Source: an uncultured delta proteobacterium
Lineage (GTDB): Bacteria > Myxococcota_A > Polyangia > Polyangiales > Polyangiaceae
Assembly (NCBI GenBank): GCA_963806225.1
Contig: CAWDXG010000001.1
Span: 864,001-928,000, forward strand
Length of the DNA stretch: 64,000 nt
Reading direction: 5' to 3'
The notes under the pieces were generated by a model. The model made no database searches. It was not told the origin of the DNA and worked only from the letters and a program-made list of their open reading frames with translations. The position numbers were made by a program, and so were the translations under genes. This document shows, in pieces, positions 33,271 to 43,684 of the stretch (position 1 is the first letter of the stretch; every line of letters begins with the position of its first letter).

Positions 33271-33927
33271 GTGACCCTTCCAAGCCGGCGCCTCGCACCG
33301 TTGGCCGTAGCCGGGGTGCTCTGCATCGCGGCGCTGGCGCTCGCCGGACGCGCGACCGTGGCGGCACCGTTCGACGCGTTCGCGGCGCAGGATCCCGGAC
33401 AGCGGCTGCTGTTCGGACTGCGCGTCGGTGTGCTGCTGGCCGCTACGTGGGCATGTGCGGAGCGGCGGGCGTACCGCACGCTCGCCGGGGTGGCCGTCGC
33501 GTTCGTCGCGAGCCTGGCCGCGCGGAGCCTCGTCTTCGTCCTGGTCGGCGCCGGTCTGTTCGCGCTGGTGGACGCGGGTTGGATTGCCCCCGCAGTCCTC
33601 GCGGCCAGTCTGCTGCCCTGGACGTTGCTGTCTCCGGCGCCCCGCGAGCGTGAGCTGCCGACCCAGCCGGCCGCGCTCGTCGCCCACTACCGCGCCGCGG
33701 GCAACCTGTGGCGCGCGCGCTACGCGGCACTCGGCTGGGCGCGCGAAGAGGGCCGCACGCCCGGGGCGGGGATGCTGACGCTCGCTGAAATCGATTGGGC
33801 CCTGGGACAGAAGGGCGAGTTGACGCGCGTGCTCGGCGCGCTGCGCGCGCACGCCCGGGATCCGGCGATCCGCGCCCGCGCCGACGAGTTGGCCCGACGC
33901 TGGCACCTGGAAAGCAAGGCACGGTGA
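33271..33927 (+). CDS. Hypothetical membrane protein
   Basis: Several hydrophobic segments and a helical C-terminus; stop overlaps the next GTG. Confidence 0.55.
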   Translation: MTLPSRRLAPLAVAGVLCIAALALAGRATVAAPFDAFAAQDPGQRLLFGLRVGVLLAATWACAERRAYRTLAGVAVAFVASLAARSLVFVLVGAGLFALVDAGWIAPAVLAASLLPWTLLSPAPRERELPTQPAALVAHYRAAGNLWRARYAALGWAREEGRTPGAGMLTLAEIDWALGQKGELTRVLGALRAHARDPAIRARADELARRWHLESKAR

Positions 33928-35333
33928 ACGCCAACCCGCGCGTCGTTCGTTTCGCGTGGTTCGCCATGTCGCTCGCGCTCGTGGTGGCGTTGGTGTGGAG
34001 CAACATGGCCATCCTCGGCGACGGTTTCTGGACGTTGGCCACGGGGCGCTGGATTCTCGCGCACCACGCATTGCCGACCAGCGATCCGTTCACGTACGCG
34101 TCCGCGCCGGGGCGCTGGATCGTGCACATGCCGCTGTGCCAGGTCGCGCTGGCCTGGCTGGACGCCCACGCCGGACTGACGCTCGTGATGGTCGCCGGCA
34201 CCGCGATCGAAGTCGCAGCCGTGCTCGTGCTGTGGCTCGGAAACGCGCGTACGTTCCTGGCGCGCGTCGCGACCTTTCCCCTCGCGCTCCTGCTCCTCCA
34301 CGCCGGCGCACGGGACCTGTCGGTGCGCGGCCAGCTGTTCGGCGATCTCGGCTTCGCCGTCCTGCTCTTGTGCCTCGTACGTTTCGCGCGCGGTGCACGC
34401 GTGCATCCAGCGATCCCGCTGCTGCTCGGTGCGCTGTGGGCGAATACCCATCCGTCGTTCCTGCTCGCGATTGCACTGCCTGTCGCCTGGCTGGTGCTGT
34501 CTCGGCTCGATCCGGCGGACGAGCGCCCGGCGCTGCGTCCGCTGCTCGTGTTCACGGCGCTGGTAGGCGTGGGCACGTTGGTGAATCCCTACGGGCCAAC
34601 GTTGCACGTGGACGTGATCCGGCTGCTGTTCGATCCCACGACGGCAGGCGTCGACCTGTTCCGCTCGCCTCCCTTCCACTCCCTTTTGTGGCTCGGCTTG
34701 ATCGCGAGCGGCCTGTTCGTGGCGTGGCTACGTCTGGCGCGCGGCCGCGCGCCGCGTCGCCGCTCGGATGCGGCGTTGCTGCTCGCATTTGTGGCAGCCA
34801 CGTGTTGGGCGCGTCGCTACGGCACCCTGCTCGCGGGGATGGAGCTCGCGATCGCGGGCTGCGCACTCTCCCACGAAATGCCAGCCGCCGTATCCCGGCG
34901 CCTGACGGACCGCGTCGTGCTCGGCGCCGCGGCGGTCGAGGCGCTCGCTGCGGCGTTGCTCTTGACCGCGGACGTGAGCCCGCTGCGCGACGTGCCGGTC
35001 GGCGCGGCCGCGTGCATCCACCAGCACCATCTGCCCGGCAACGTGATGAACCCGTATCACTGGGGCGGCTACCTCGACTACGCCTGGAACGGTCGACCCA
35101 AGGCGTTCATCGACGGTCGCAACCAGCTGTTCGGCAATGGCGCCCACGCCGACAGCCTCGTGCTCGACGCGGCGGCCACCGGCTGGGAGCGCCTGCTCAA
35201 CGTCTACAGCGTGCGCACCGTGCTGTGGGCGCGCGGTGAGCCGCTCGACCGCACGCTCGCCCGCCAGCCGGACTGGCAGCTCGTGTGCCGCGGACGGCTC
35301 GCCAACGTGTACGTGCGGCGCGCCCGGCGCTAG
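33924..35333 (+). CDS. Polytopic membrane protein, GT-C glycosyltransferase-like
   Basis: D.FW.LA.GRWI...P..DPFTY, LWANTH..F, NPYG, WGGYL, FIDGR motifs; about 11 TM segments. Confidence 0.7.
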   Translation: MNANPRVVRFAWFAMSLALVVALVWSNMAILGDGFWTLATGRWILAHHALPTSDPFTYASAPGRWIVHMPLCQVALAWLDAHAGLTLVMVAGTAIEVAAVLVLWLGNARTFLARVATFPLALLLLHAGARDLSVRGQLFGDLGFAVLLLCLVRFARGARVHPAIPLLLGALWANTHPSFLLAIALPVAWLVLSRLDPADERPALRPLLVFTALVGVGTLVNPYGPTLHVDVIRLLFDPTTAGVDLFRSPPFHSLLWLGLIASGLFVAWLRLARGRAPRRRSDAALLLAFVAATCWARRYGTLLAGMELAIAGCALSHEMPAAVSRRLTDRVVLGAAAVEALAAALLLTADVSPLRDVPVGAAACIHQHHLPGNVMNPYHWGGYLDYAWNGRPKAFIDGRNQLFGNGAHADSLVLDAAATGWERLLNVYSVRTVLWARGEPLDRTLARQPDWQLVCRGRLANVYVRRARR

Positions 35334-35540
35334 CGGGCCGGCAAGCGATCTGCCAGCCCGGCACGGAGGCGTCGATCCACTGCTAGCTGCTCGAGCGCCG
35401 GAGAGTTCGGCTGTCGGCCGGCGTCCGGTGGCGGCGAGACGCACATCGACTTCGATGGAGGTTCGAGCCGTACGCGGCCGGCGCCGTGCCTCGAGCGCTG
35501 CATTCTTGACCGGGTCCCCGCCCCGCGGTCCAATTTGCCC

Positions 35541-36155
35541 ATGGCCGATACGCTGGAAGTCGCGGCGAGCGGGCGCTCGAAGTGCCGGGGGTGCGGGAAG
35601 CAGATCGCCAAGGGCGAGCTGCGCCTCGGCGAGCGGTTGCCGAACCCGTTCGGCGAGGGCGAGGCGGTGTACTGGTTCCATCCGCTCTGCGCGGCGTGCA
35701 TGCGGCCGGAGCCGTTCCTGGGCGCGCTGGGCAGAGCGGCCGAGCCGCCGCCGGACGCGGAATGGTTGCGCGCGGCGGCGGAGGTGGGGGCGGCGCATCG
35801 CCGCCTGCCGCGCCTGGCGCGCGCCGAACGAGCGAGCTCGGGTCGCGCGCGCTGCCGCCACTGCCGCGAGCTCGTTGAAAAGGGCGCGTGGCGGTTGGTG
35901 CTGCAGATCTTCGAGGAGGGGCGCATGGGCTCCGCAGGCTTCATCCACGTCGCCTGCGCCGAGCCGTATTTCGAGCTCGGCGCCATCCTCGATCGCATCG
36001 AGCGGCTCACCCCCGATCTGTCGGCCGCGGATCTCGACGAGATCGGGGCGCTGCTTGCCAGGCCGCCGCTTGCGAAGACGCGCGGCGGCGAAGCGCCGGC
36101 GCTGTCGAAGACCACGCCGGGGTCCGCCGCGGAAGCGAAACGCAAGGTGGTGTGA
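35541..36155 (+). CDS. Tandem PARP-type zinc finger protein
   Basis: A.SGRSKCRGC..I.KGELRLG...WFHPLC and ASSGRARCRHC..VEKG..R...FIHVAC. Confidence 0.85.
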   Translation: MADTLEVAASGRSKCRGCGKQIAKGELRLGERLPNPFGEGEAVYWFHPLCAACMRPEPFLGALGRAAEPPPDAEWLRAAAEVGAAHRRLPRLARAERASSGRARCRHCRELVEKGAWRLVLQIFEEGRMGSAGFIHVACAEPYFELGAILDRIERLTPDLSAADLDEIGALLARPPLAKTRGGEAPALSKTTPGSAAEAKRKVV

Positions 36156-36340
36156 GCGCGCGCTGGTCGTCACACGCGCAGAAGGGCTGGTCGCTGTGCT
36201 GACATATGTCCCTTCTCCCGCCCGAACCCAGCCGACGCGCCGCGCCCTGCCGCTCCGCAGCTAGACCGGAGAAGCCGTCTGCCGTCTGCAGCATCGACAG
36301 CGCGCCGCGGCGCTTCTCGAGCTTCATCTTCTGCCGCGCT

Positions 36341-38605
36341 TCAACGTTCGACCGTGGCGTCCATCGATAGCGCCGCGACTCGCGCCTGGCCGACGGCTAC
36401 GCCGCCGTCGTTGGCTGGCACCTGACCCGCGCCCCACACCGCAAAGCCCGCCGCTTCCAGTCGCCGGCGCAGGCCGGTGGAGAGGCGCAGATTCTGGAAA
36501 CAGCCGCCGCCCAGGACGACATCGTGACGCCCGGCGCGCTCTGCGATGGCGACACCCAGCTCGATCAGCGCGGCGTGGAAGCGCGCCGCGATCGCGGAGG
36601 TCTCGACGCCGCGGTCGCGATCGGCGCGGATAGCGGACAAGAGCGATCGCCAGTCGGCGACCCACGGTGTTCCCGCGCCGAGCGGAAGCGGATACGGCTC
36701 CGCGGTGCCGTCCGTCTCGTCCGCTGCGAACTCCAGCGCCATGGCGGCCTGCCCTTCGAAGCTCTGTCGGCCAGACAGGCCGAGCGTGGCCGCCACCCCG
36801 TCGAACAGCCGCCCGATGCTGCTGGTGAGCGGCGCGTTGAGCCCGGTCCGGCAGGCCTGGTAGAGCGTTCGCGCTTCGCCCGGAGAGAACCAGCGCTCGG
36901 CTTCGGCGAGCGCCGTCGCTTCGTCGACGACCGACCAGAGCCCCAGCGCGCTCCGTCGCGGCTCGCGCGCCGAGCGGTCGCCGCCGGGCAGGGGGAAGGG
37001 GAGCAACGTCGCGACGCGCTCGAAGTCCGCTCCGCGGCAGACGAGCGCTTCGCCGCCCCACGCTGTGCCGTCGCTGCCGTGGCCGGTGCCGTCCCACGTA
37101 AGCCCCAGCACCTCGTCCGCGAGGCCGTGCTCCGCCATGCACGCTGCGACGTGCGCGTGGTGGTGCTGCACGCGCACTAGCGGCACGTTCCACTGTGCCG
37201 CCAGCCGCTCCGCGAGCCGCGTGGAGGCGTAGTCCGGATGCAGATCGCAGGCGACGACCCCGGGCCGGCATTCGAAGAAGCGGAGCAGATCGTCGACGGT
37301 GCGCTCGAGCAGCGCGGCCGACTCCGCGTTCTCTAGATCGCCCAGATGCTGGCTCGCGATGATCTGGCCGCCGATGCCGAGCGCGATGCTGCTCTTCTTG
37401 TGCGCGCCGAGCGCGAGCACCGGGCGCTCGCCGGGCAGCCGCGCCACCGGCCGCGGCGCGTAGCCGCGCGCGCGGCGCATCAGCTCGAGGCCGGCTGCTC
37501 CGACGCGCGCGACCGAGTCGTCCACCGGCCGCACGATGGGACGGTCGTGCACCAGCCAGGCGTCGGCGATGTCGCGCAGCCTTTCTAGCGCCTCGTCCAC
37601 ATCGACGCACATCGGCTCGGTCGACAGGTTGCCGCTGGTGCACACCACCGGACGGGCGAGCTCGCCGAGCAGCAGATGATGCAGCGGCGTGTAGGGCAGC
37701 ATGACGCCGACGTACGGATTGCCCGGCGCGACGCCTTCGACCAGAGCCGCGCCGGTGCGCCGCGCGAGCAGGATGGGCGCCTCGGGCGACAACAGAGCCC
37801 GCTCTTCTGCTTCTTCCAGGCGGCAGCTCGCGCGTACGGTGTCCAGGCTCGGGAACATCACCGCGAAGGGCTTGGCGTCGCGGCGCTTGCGCCGTCTGAG
37901 CTCTGCCACGGCGCCGGAATTCGTCGCGTCGACCAGCAGCTGGAACCCGCCCAGGCCGCGCAGCGCGAGGATCCTGCCGCTCGCGACCAGCCGCGCGGCT
38001 TGACGAAGAGCGTCCTCGCCGCGCGCCGGCTCGTCGCCGAGCAGCGTGAGCTCTGGGCCGCAGCGCGGGCAGGCGATGGGCTGGGCGTCGAAGCGGCGGT
38101 CGAGCGGATCGGCGTATTCGCGGGCGCAGTCGGGGCAGAGCGCAAAGCCCTTCATCGAGGTGCGCACGCGGTCGTACGGCAGGCCCTCTACGATCGAGTA
38201 GCGCGGGCCGCAGCGGGTGCAGTTGGTGAACGGATAGCGGTAGCGCCGTTCGCCCGGCCTGGAAATCTCCGCAAGGCACTCGGGGCACGTGGCCAGATCG
38301 GCGGGCAGCGTGGGGTGCACCTGGCTGCCACTGCGGCTCTCCCGGATCTCGAAGCCGGGCTCGGTCCGTTCCTCGATGATCCGCCGCTCGATGGCGTCGA
38401 CGCGCCCCGGCGCCGGCAGGTCTTGTTCCAGCGCGGCGATGAAGGCCGAAAGCGCCGCGTCGGGCCCCTGTACCTCGATGCGCACGCCGTCGCTGCCGTT
38501 CTCGACCCAGCCGGAAAGGCCGCGCGCCGTGGCGGCTCGATAGGCGAAGGGCCGGAAGCCGACGCCCTGCACCACGCCCTCTACCGACAGCGCGAGGCGG
38601 GTCAT
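36341..38605 (-). CDS. hypF: [NiFe] hydrogenase maturation carbamoyltransferase
   Basis: GVVQGVGFRPF acylphosphatase, YPFTNCTRCGPRY, CP.C zinc fingers, TSGN, QHHHAH, DGTG.G.DG..WGGE, PANDGG. Confidence 0.96.
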   Translation of the reverse strand: MTRLALSVEGVVQGVGFRPFAYRAATARGLSGWVENGSDGVRIEVQGPDAALSAFIAALEQDLPAPGRVDAIERRIIEERTEPGFEIRESRSGSQVHPTLPADLATCPECLAEISRPGERRYRYPFTNCTRCGPRYSIVEGLPYDRVRTSMKGFALCPDCAREYADPLDRRFDAQPIACPRCGPELTLLGDEPARGEDALRQAARLVASGRILALRGLGGFQLLVDATNSGAVAELRRRKRRDAKPFAVMFPSLDTVRASCRLEEAEERALLSPEAPILLARRTGAALVEGVAPGNPYVGVMLPYTPLHHLLLGELARPVVCTSGNLSTEPMCVDVDEALERLRDIADAWLVHDRPIVRPVDDSVARVGAAGLELMRRARGYAPRPVARLPGERPVLALGAHKKSSIALGIGGQIIASQHLGDLENAESAALLERTVDDLLRFFECRPGVVACDLHPDYASTRLAERLAAQWNVPLVRVQHHHAHVAACMAEHGLADEVLGLTWDGTGHGSDGTAWGGEALVCRGADFERVATLLPFPLPGGDRSAREPRRSALGLWSVVDEATALAEAERWFSPGEARTLYQACRTGLNAPLTSSIGRLFDGVAATLGLSGRQSFEGQAAMALEFAADETDGTAEPYPLPLGAGTPWVADWRSLLSAIRADRDRGVETSAIAARFHAALIELGVAIAERAGRHDVVLGGGCFQNLRLSTGLRRRLEAAGFAVWGAGQVPANDGGVAVGQARVAALSMDATVER

Positions 38606-39093
38606 GCGCGCACCGCGGAGAGGGCCCCGCCGTCGGGCGGAGCGAGGACAAGCTCGAGCACGACGTCGCGCGCACGGCAGACCGCCGCCTGCACGGGCGC
38701 CGACAGCTCGCCGGCGTAGCGGCGCGGCGCGTCGATGGAGATGGCCACCACGCGGACGTGCGAGGCGGCTCCCGGCGAAAGCACGCGCACGAGCTCGAGG
38801 GTTTCGGCGACGCCGAGCCCGTGGCTGGAAACCGGGCTGTATGAGAGCGCGGCGAGCGCGGACGGCTCGAGCACGCGCACGCTGCCCGGCGGGCCCCCGC
38901 CCACTGCCGCGTCGACGACCACGGCGCGCTCGCAGCCTTCGAGCAGATCGACCAGCTCGCTGGCGTCGCGCGCCGTGATGAGCTCCACGTCGCCGGGCAA
39001 CGCGTCGGCACCGAGCGCCTCGATGACGGCCACGCCGACGCCGTCGTCTCCGGCGACCGGCTGACCCAGCCCGATGATACGAACGCGCGGCAC
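38602..39093 (-). CDS. Hydrogenase maturation protease
   Basis: IIGLG....GDDGVG, VVDAA, SSHGLG. Confidence 0.92.
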   Translation of the reverse strand: MPRVRIIGLGQPVAGDDGVGVAVIEALGADALPGDVELITARDASELVDLLEGCERAVVVDAAVGGGPPGSVRVLEPSALAALSYSPVSSHGLGVAETLELVRVLSPGAASHVRVVAISIDAPRRYAGELSAPVQAAVCRARDVVLELVLAPPDGGALSAVRA

Positions 39094-40379
39094 TAGTCTC
39101 TTTCCATCGAAAGCTTCAGGAAGTGCGTGGAGCAGGAGATGCAGGGATCGTAGTTCCGGACCGCTTGCTCCGCACGCCAGGTGGCCTCGGCGTGGGGCAT
39201 GACCGCCAGCTGTGGCGCCAGGGCGAACAGATCCTGCTCGATGGTCTGCTGGTTCTGGGAGGTGGGCGGGACGATTTTCGCGCTCTCGATGAGCCCGCCT
39301 CCGTCGATGCGGTAGCGATGGTAGAGCAGGCCACGGGGCGCCTCCGTCGCTCCGTAGCCGGTCGCCGCACGTTGCGGGATCTCCACCGACGCTGGCGCCG
39401 GTGGGACGTAGCTGTCGATGATGTCGATCGCTTCGTCCAGCACCTGGATGACCTCCACGCAGCGGACGAGCAGGCTCTTGAACGGATTCTTGCAGGGGGG
39501 CGCGAGTCCGATCGCCTCGGCGGCGGCTCGCGCGCGGGGCCGGAGCTCGGCGAAGTCCAGGTTGAAACGCGCCAGCGGTCCGCACAGGTACGCGCCCCGC
39601 TCGCGCAGCCGACAATGCAGCGCTGTCGAGCGCTCCACGTGCTCTTCCTCGAAGTGTCCGTCGAACTCACTCGCGTCGATGTCGAGGCCCTTGTTGGATA
39701 CGATGCGGCCCTCGCAGAAGGGATATTCGTCCGGATGATGCAGCGCGACGAACTCGTAGTCGCGCTCGAACTCGGGGAACTCGAGCCGTGCCATGAAGGA
39801 CAGAGCGTTCTCGGCCGCATCGCGCGCCCAGCCGAGCTCGGGCAGCAGCCGATCAAGGTTCGTGCGCGGGACCGCCCGGTAGAATCCGCCGGTCCGTGCG
39901 TTGATCGGATGGATCTCGCGTCCGCCGATTGCGCTGACCAGGCTGTTGCCGACCTTCTTGATGCGCAAGCCCTGCTGCACGAGCTCCTGGTGGTCGTGGG
40001 CCATGGCGATGGCGTCCGGATAGCCGAGGAAATCGGGCAGGTGCAGCATGAACATGTGCAGCGTGTGGCTCTCGATCCACTCCCCGGCGTACAGAAGGCG
40101 TCTCAGGCGCCGGACTCCGTCGTCCACGCTCACGATCTGGGCGTTCTCGATCGCCTGACACGCGGTCATCTGGTATGCGACCGGACAGATCCCGCAGATA
40201 CGCGAGGTGATATCCGGCGCTTCTTCCTGCTCGCGACCGCGGAGCAGTCCCTCGAAGAAGCGGGGCGGCTCGAAGATGCGGAGCTCCACTTCGCGCGGCT
40301 CCTCGCCGCGGAAACGGATGATCAGCGAGCCTTCGCCCTCGACGCGAGCCAGCGTATCGACCTGGATCGTTCTAGCCAT
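39093..40379 (-). CDS. hyhL: Group 3b [NiFe] hydrogenase (sulfhydrogenase-type) large subunit
   Basis: [22 protein letters not shown] (L1), [24 protein letters not shown] (L2) plus a cleavable tail. Confidence 0.95.
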   Translation of the reverse strand: MARTIQVDTLARVEGEGSLIIRFRGEEPREVELRIFEPPRFFEGLLRGREQEEAPDITSRICGICPVAYQMTACQAIENAQIVSVDDGVRRLRRLLYAGEWIESHTLHMFMLHLPDFLGYPDAIAMAHDHQELVQQGLRIKKVGNSLVSAIGGREIHPINARTGGFYRAVPRTNLDRLLPELGWARDAAENALSFMARLEFPEFERDYEFVALHHPDEYPFCEGRIVSNKGLDIDASEFDGHFEEEHVERSTALHCRLRERGAYLCGPLARFNLDFAELRPRARAAAEAIGLAPPCKNPFKSLLVRCVEVIQVLDEAIDIIDSYVPPAPASVEIPQRAATGYGATEAPRGLLYHRYRIDGGGLIESAKIVPPTSQNQQTIEQDLFALAPQLAVMPHAEATWRAEQAVRNYDPCISCSTHFLKLSMERD

Positions 40380-41181
40380 GGCCGTCATGTTCCGGAAGCA
40401 GGCGTAGCCTGATCCGCTCGTGCGCTTCGGAAAAGGGACCGGCTGCCGCGTTGAAGGTGCTGTACAGGCGCGCGACGTGGTCGGGCTTCGCGCCGGTACG
40501 GTCCAGCGCCGCCGCCAGGGACGCGGTGTTCGTGGTCTCCGACGGTCCAAAGCAGCCGTAGCAGCCCCGGTTGAAACCAGGGCACAACGCTCCGCAGCCG
40601 GTGCGGGTGACCGGGCCGAGACACGGCGTGCCGTGGGCCACGAGCACGCACACGTTGCCGTGAAGCTTGCAGTCGAGGCAGACCGACCGCGACGAAAACC
40701 TCGGCTTCTGCCCGCGCAGCACCTCGGCGATCAGCTGGAGCAGCTGCCGCTTGTCGATGGGGCAGCCCCACAGCTCGAAATCCACCCGGACGTGGGCCGA
40801 GATCGGTGTCGAAGTGGCGAGCGTGTCGATGAACTCCGGCCGCGCGTACACGACCTGGATGAACTCCTTCACGTCGCGGAAGTTCCTGAGCGCCTGGATT
40901 CCTCCGGCCGTGGCGCAGGCGCCTATCGTGACCAGCAACCCGGAGGCCTGCCGGATCTCGCGGATGCGACCGATGTCCGCAGCCGTGGTGATCGAGCCCT
41001 CGACCAGCGACAGATCGTAGGGTCCGCGGATGGTCCTGCGGGATGCCTCCGGGAAATGGGCGATCTGCACCGCATCGCCGAGCGCCAGGAGCTCGTCCTC
41101 GCAGTCGAGCAGGCTGAGCTGGCAGCCGTCGCAGGATGCGAACTTCCACACCGCGAGCTTCGGAGGTCGTCGCCTTGGCAT
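40372..41181 (-). CDS. hyhS: Group 3b hydrogenase small (delta) subunit
   Basis: [41 protein letters not shown]...RGCYGCFGP. Confidence 0.93.
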   Translation of the reverse strand: MPRRRPPKLAVWKFASCDGCQLSLLDCEDELLALGDAVQIAHFPEASRRTIRGPYDLSLVEGSITTAADIGRIREIRQASGLLVTIGACATAGGIQALRNFRDVKEFIQVVYARPEFIDTLATSTPISAHVRVDFELWGCPIDKRQLLQLIAEVLRGQKPRFSSRSVCLDCKLHGNVCVLVAHGTPCLGPVTRTGCGALCPGFNRGCYGCFGPSETTNTASLAAALDRTGAKPDHVARLYSTFNAAAGPFSEAHERIRLRLLPEHDGHG

Positions 41182-41183
41182 CG

Positions 41184-42039
41184 CTAGATCTCTCTCAATT
41201 GCATGAAGCGGGCCATCGCGTCGTAGCGGTAGACGGGTCCGTCCTTGCACGCGAAGTGCGGGCCCGATCTGGCAGTGTCCGCACAGACCGATGCCGCATT
41301 CCATGTTGCGTTCCAGCGAGAGATACACGCGGGCGAGGCTCAGCCCACGGCCTTCCAGCTCGCGGGCGCTGAAGCGCATCATCACCTCCGGGCCGCACAG
41401 GAGGGCGACCGCGTTTCCGGGGTCGAGCTCGACGGCGTCGATCAGCTTGGTCACGAAACCGGTGTGGCCGAACCAGTCCTGGTCGGCTCGATCGACCGTG
41501 ATCCAGACCTGGGCACCGAGGCGGACCCGCCAACGGGACAGTTCCCGCCGGAAGAGCAGATCGCCGGGCGAGCGCGATCCGTAGACGAGGGAGACCCGCC
41601 CGAAATCCTCGCGGCGGTGCGCGATGGCGTACAGGACCGGTCTGAGCGGCGCGAGACCGACTCCGCCGGCGACGACGACGACATCCCGGCCGCGCGCTTC
41701 GCCGAGCGGCCAGCCGACACCGAACGGGCCGCGCACGCCGACCATGTCGCCCCGGTGCAGGCGGCCGAGCGCGCGCGTGACATTGCCGACTTCGCGGATG
41801 GTGTGGACGAGGCGGCCGTTGCGTTCCGGGTCGCCGCTGACCGAGATCGCCGATTCGCCCGCACCGGGCACGTACAGCATGTTGAACTGTCCCGGTTCGA
41901 AGCGGTAGCCGCCGTGCTCCGCCGCATCCAGCTCGAAGCTGAACGCGTCGTGCGTCTCGCGCCGCGTGCGCAGCACGCGCATCATGCGCGGCAGCATCGG
42001 GTGCCCCGGAGGCGGAGGCGGCGGCGCGGAGCTCTTCAT
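41184..42039 (-). CDS. hyhG: Group 3b hydrogenase gamma (FAD/NAD(P)-binding, 2Fe-2S) subunit (1-bp insertion near 41263)
   Basis: [44 protein letters not shown]; shifted frame continues FACKDGPVY...REI* at 41184. Confidence 0.92.
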
Positions 42040-42506
42040 CCAGCCTCCGAGCGGTACAGGTCCAGCTGCTGCAGCCGCGCCCGTACGAGGCGCCCGGCGA
42101 GATCCGCCAGCAGCCGCTGGAGCAGCGCATAGCCGAGCGCCGGATCCGCCTCGCACTTGTTTCTCAGGCATTCCCCGTCCAGCTGGATGGCCAGCGTCGA
42201 CTCGGTAGCCCGCCCGTCGACATACCACCGGAACGGTGGGCTCATGGCCGACGCGCCGACCACATCGCCCGGGCCGACCGTCTCGATTTCCACCACACCG
42301 CGCGGCGGCACGTCGAGTTCGAGCGAGATTCGGCCGCTGCGGACCAGGTACAGCTCGTTCGACTCGTCGCCCTCGTGGAACAGGTACTCGCCGGCCCCAA
42401 AGCGGGTGTTCTTCGCGCAGCCGGTGATGAAGCGGACCTGGGCTTCGGGCAGCCCCTGCGTCAGAGCGTGCTCCCTGAGCACGCGCTCCAGTGATTCGAT
42501 CTTCAT
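42036..42506 (-). CDS. Stand-alone cyclic-nucleotide-binding (Crp-type) domain protein
   Basis: [11 protein letters not shown]....LYLVRSG, GPGDVVG; 156 aa, no HTH. Confidence 0.85.
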   Translation of the reverse strand: MKIESLERVLREHALTQGLPEAQVRFITGCAKNTRFGAGEYLFHEGDESNELYLVRSGRISLELDVPPRGVVEIETVGPGDVVGASAMSPPFRWYVDGRATESTLAIQLDGECLRNKCEADPALGYALLQRLLADLAGRLVRARLQQLDLYRSEAG

Positions 42507-43684
42507 GTTCCATGCCCTCCGTTCGAGCCGCGCCGGCGTGACGCCACCGGCTGATCGCGGATCGCTGCGACCTCTTCCGTGATGTCGATGCCAACCGGGC
42601 ACCAGGTGATGCAGCGGCCGCAGCCGACGCAGCCGGAGCCGCCGAACTGGTCGATCCAGGTGGCGAGCTTGTGGGTCATCCACTGGCGGTAGCGGGCCTT
42701 GACCGATGGGCGCACTGCCCCGCCGTGCACGTACGAGAAATCCAGGTTGAAGCACGAGTCCCAGCGCCGCACGCGCTCCGACGTCGTGTTGGTGAGGTCG
42801 CTCGCGTCCTCGACGCTGCTGCAGAAGCAGGTCGGGCACACCATCGTGCAGTTCGTGCACGCCAGGCAACGCTCCGCCACGTCGTCCCAGCGCGGGTGTT
42901 CGAGGTTGTCGTAGAGCAGCTCCTTGATTCCGCGGGTGTCGAGCCGCCTGCCCATGCCGCGGGCCGCACGTTCCGTGGCGGCGGCGGCGCTCTGGAGGTC
43001 GTCAGCACCGGCGGATGCCACGCCGAGCTCGTCGTACAGCTCCTGCCCCACGGCGCTGCCGACCTCGACCAGAAAGCGGTGATCGCTCTCCACGCCGAGC
43101 TCGGTGAGCGCCAGGTCGAAGCCGTGCTCGGAGCGCGGCCCCGTGTTCATGGAGACGCAGAAACAGGTCCCTCCGGATTCCGCGCACTGCACCGCCACCA
43201 CGATCACGTCGCTGCGCCGCGCGGCGTAGCGCGGGTCGGCGTAGGGGCCGTCGCGGAGGATGCCGTCCTGGATCGCGATCGCGTGCAGATCGCAGGAACG
43301 CGCTCCGAACAGGGCGCGGCGTGGCGATTCGAGCGGCTCGGGCACGAGGCCGACGCGACGCCCATCGCGCTCGATGCGGAACAGACGCTCCACCGGAACG
43401 TGGAACAGCTTCTTGAAGGAGTGTGGCCCCACCGTGTGGCCGAACACGGCGGCGTCTTGGCGGCGCTCGATGCGATAGCGACCAGCGTCGCGGATCTCCG
43501 TCCAACCGACGGGCAGATCCGCGTCGCTCTGGATCGGCTCGTAGACGATGGCGCCGTCATGGATCGTCGGGCCGATCACCTGGTAGCCCCGCTCGCGCAG
43601 CGCGACGATCAGCGCCCCGAGTCGGGCGCGCGGGAGCACGCCGCGGGCCCGCGGCTGCCGGATGGGTGCGCCGCCGTCGCTCAT
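42503..43684 (-). CDS. hyhB: Group 3b hydrogenase beta (4Fe-4S dicluster) subunit
   Basis: [53 protein letters not shown]. Confidence 0.93.
   Translation of the reverse strand: MSDGGAPIRQPRARGVLPRARLGALIVALRERGYQVIGPTIHDGAIVYEPIQSDADLPVGWTEIRDAGRYRIERRQDAAVFGHTVGPHSFKKLFHVPVERLFRIERDGRRVGLVPEPLESPRRALFGARSCDLHAIAIQDGILRDGPYADPRYAARRSDVIVVAVQCAESGGTCFCVSMNTGPRSEHGFDLALTELGVESDHRFLVEVGSAVGQELYDELGVASAGADDLQSAAAATERAARGMGRRLDTRGIKELLYDNLEHPRWDDVAERCLACTNCTMVCPTCFCSSVEDASDLTNTTSERVRRWDSCFNLDFSYVHGGAVRPSVKARYRQWMTHKLATWIDQFGGSGCVGCGRCITWCPVGIDITEEVAAIRDQPVASRRRGSNGGHGT

Noticed and set aside
39093..40379. Selenocysteine [NiFeSe] hydrogenase
   Set aside because: L2 motif is DPCISC with ordinary Cys codons; no in-frame TGA
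40372..42594. Apparent hydrogenase gamma-delta fusion (740-aa ORF)
   Set aside because: One extra C near 41263 hides the normal gamma ending (FACKDGPVY...REI*); delta has its own ATG at 41181
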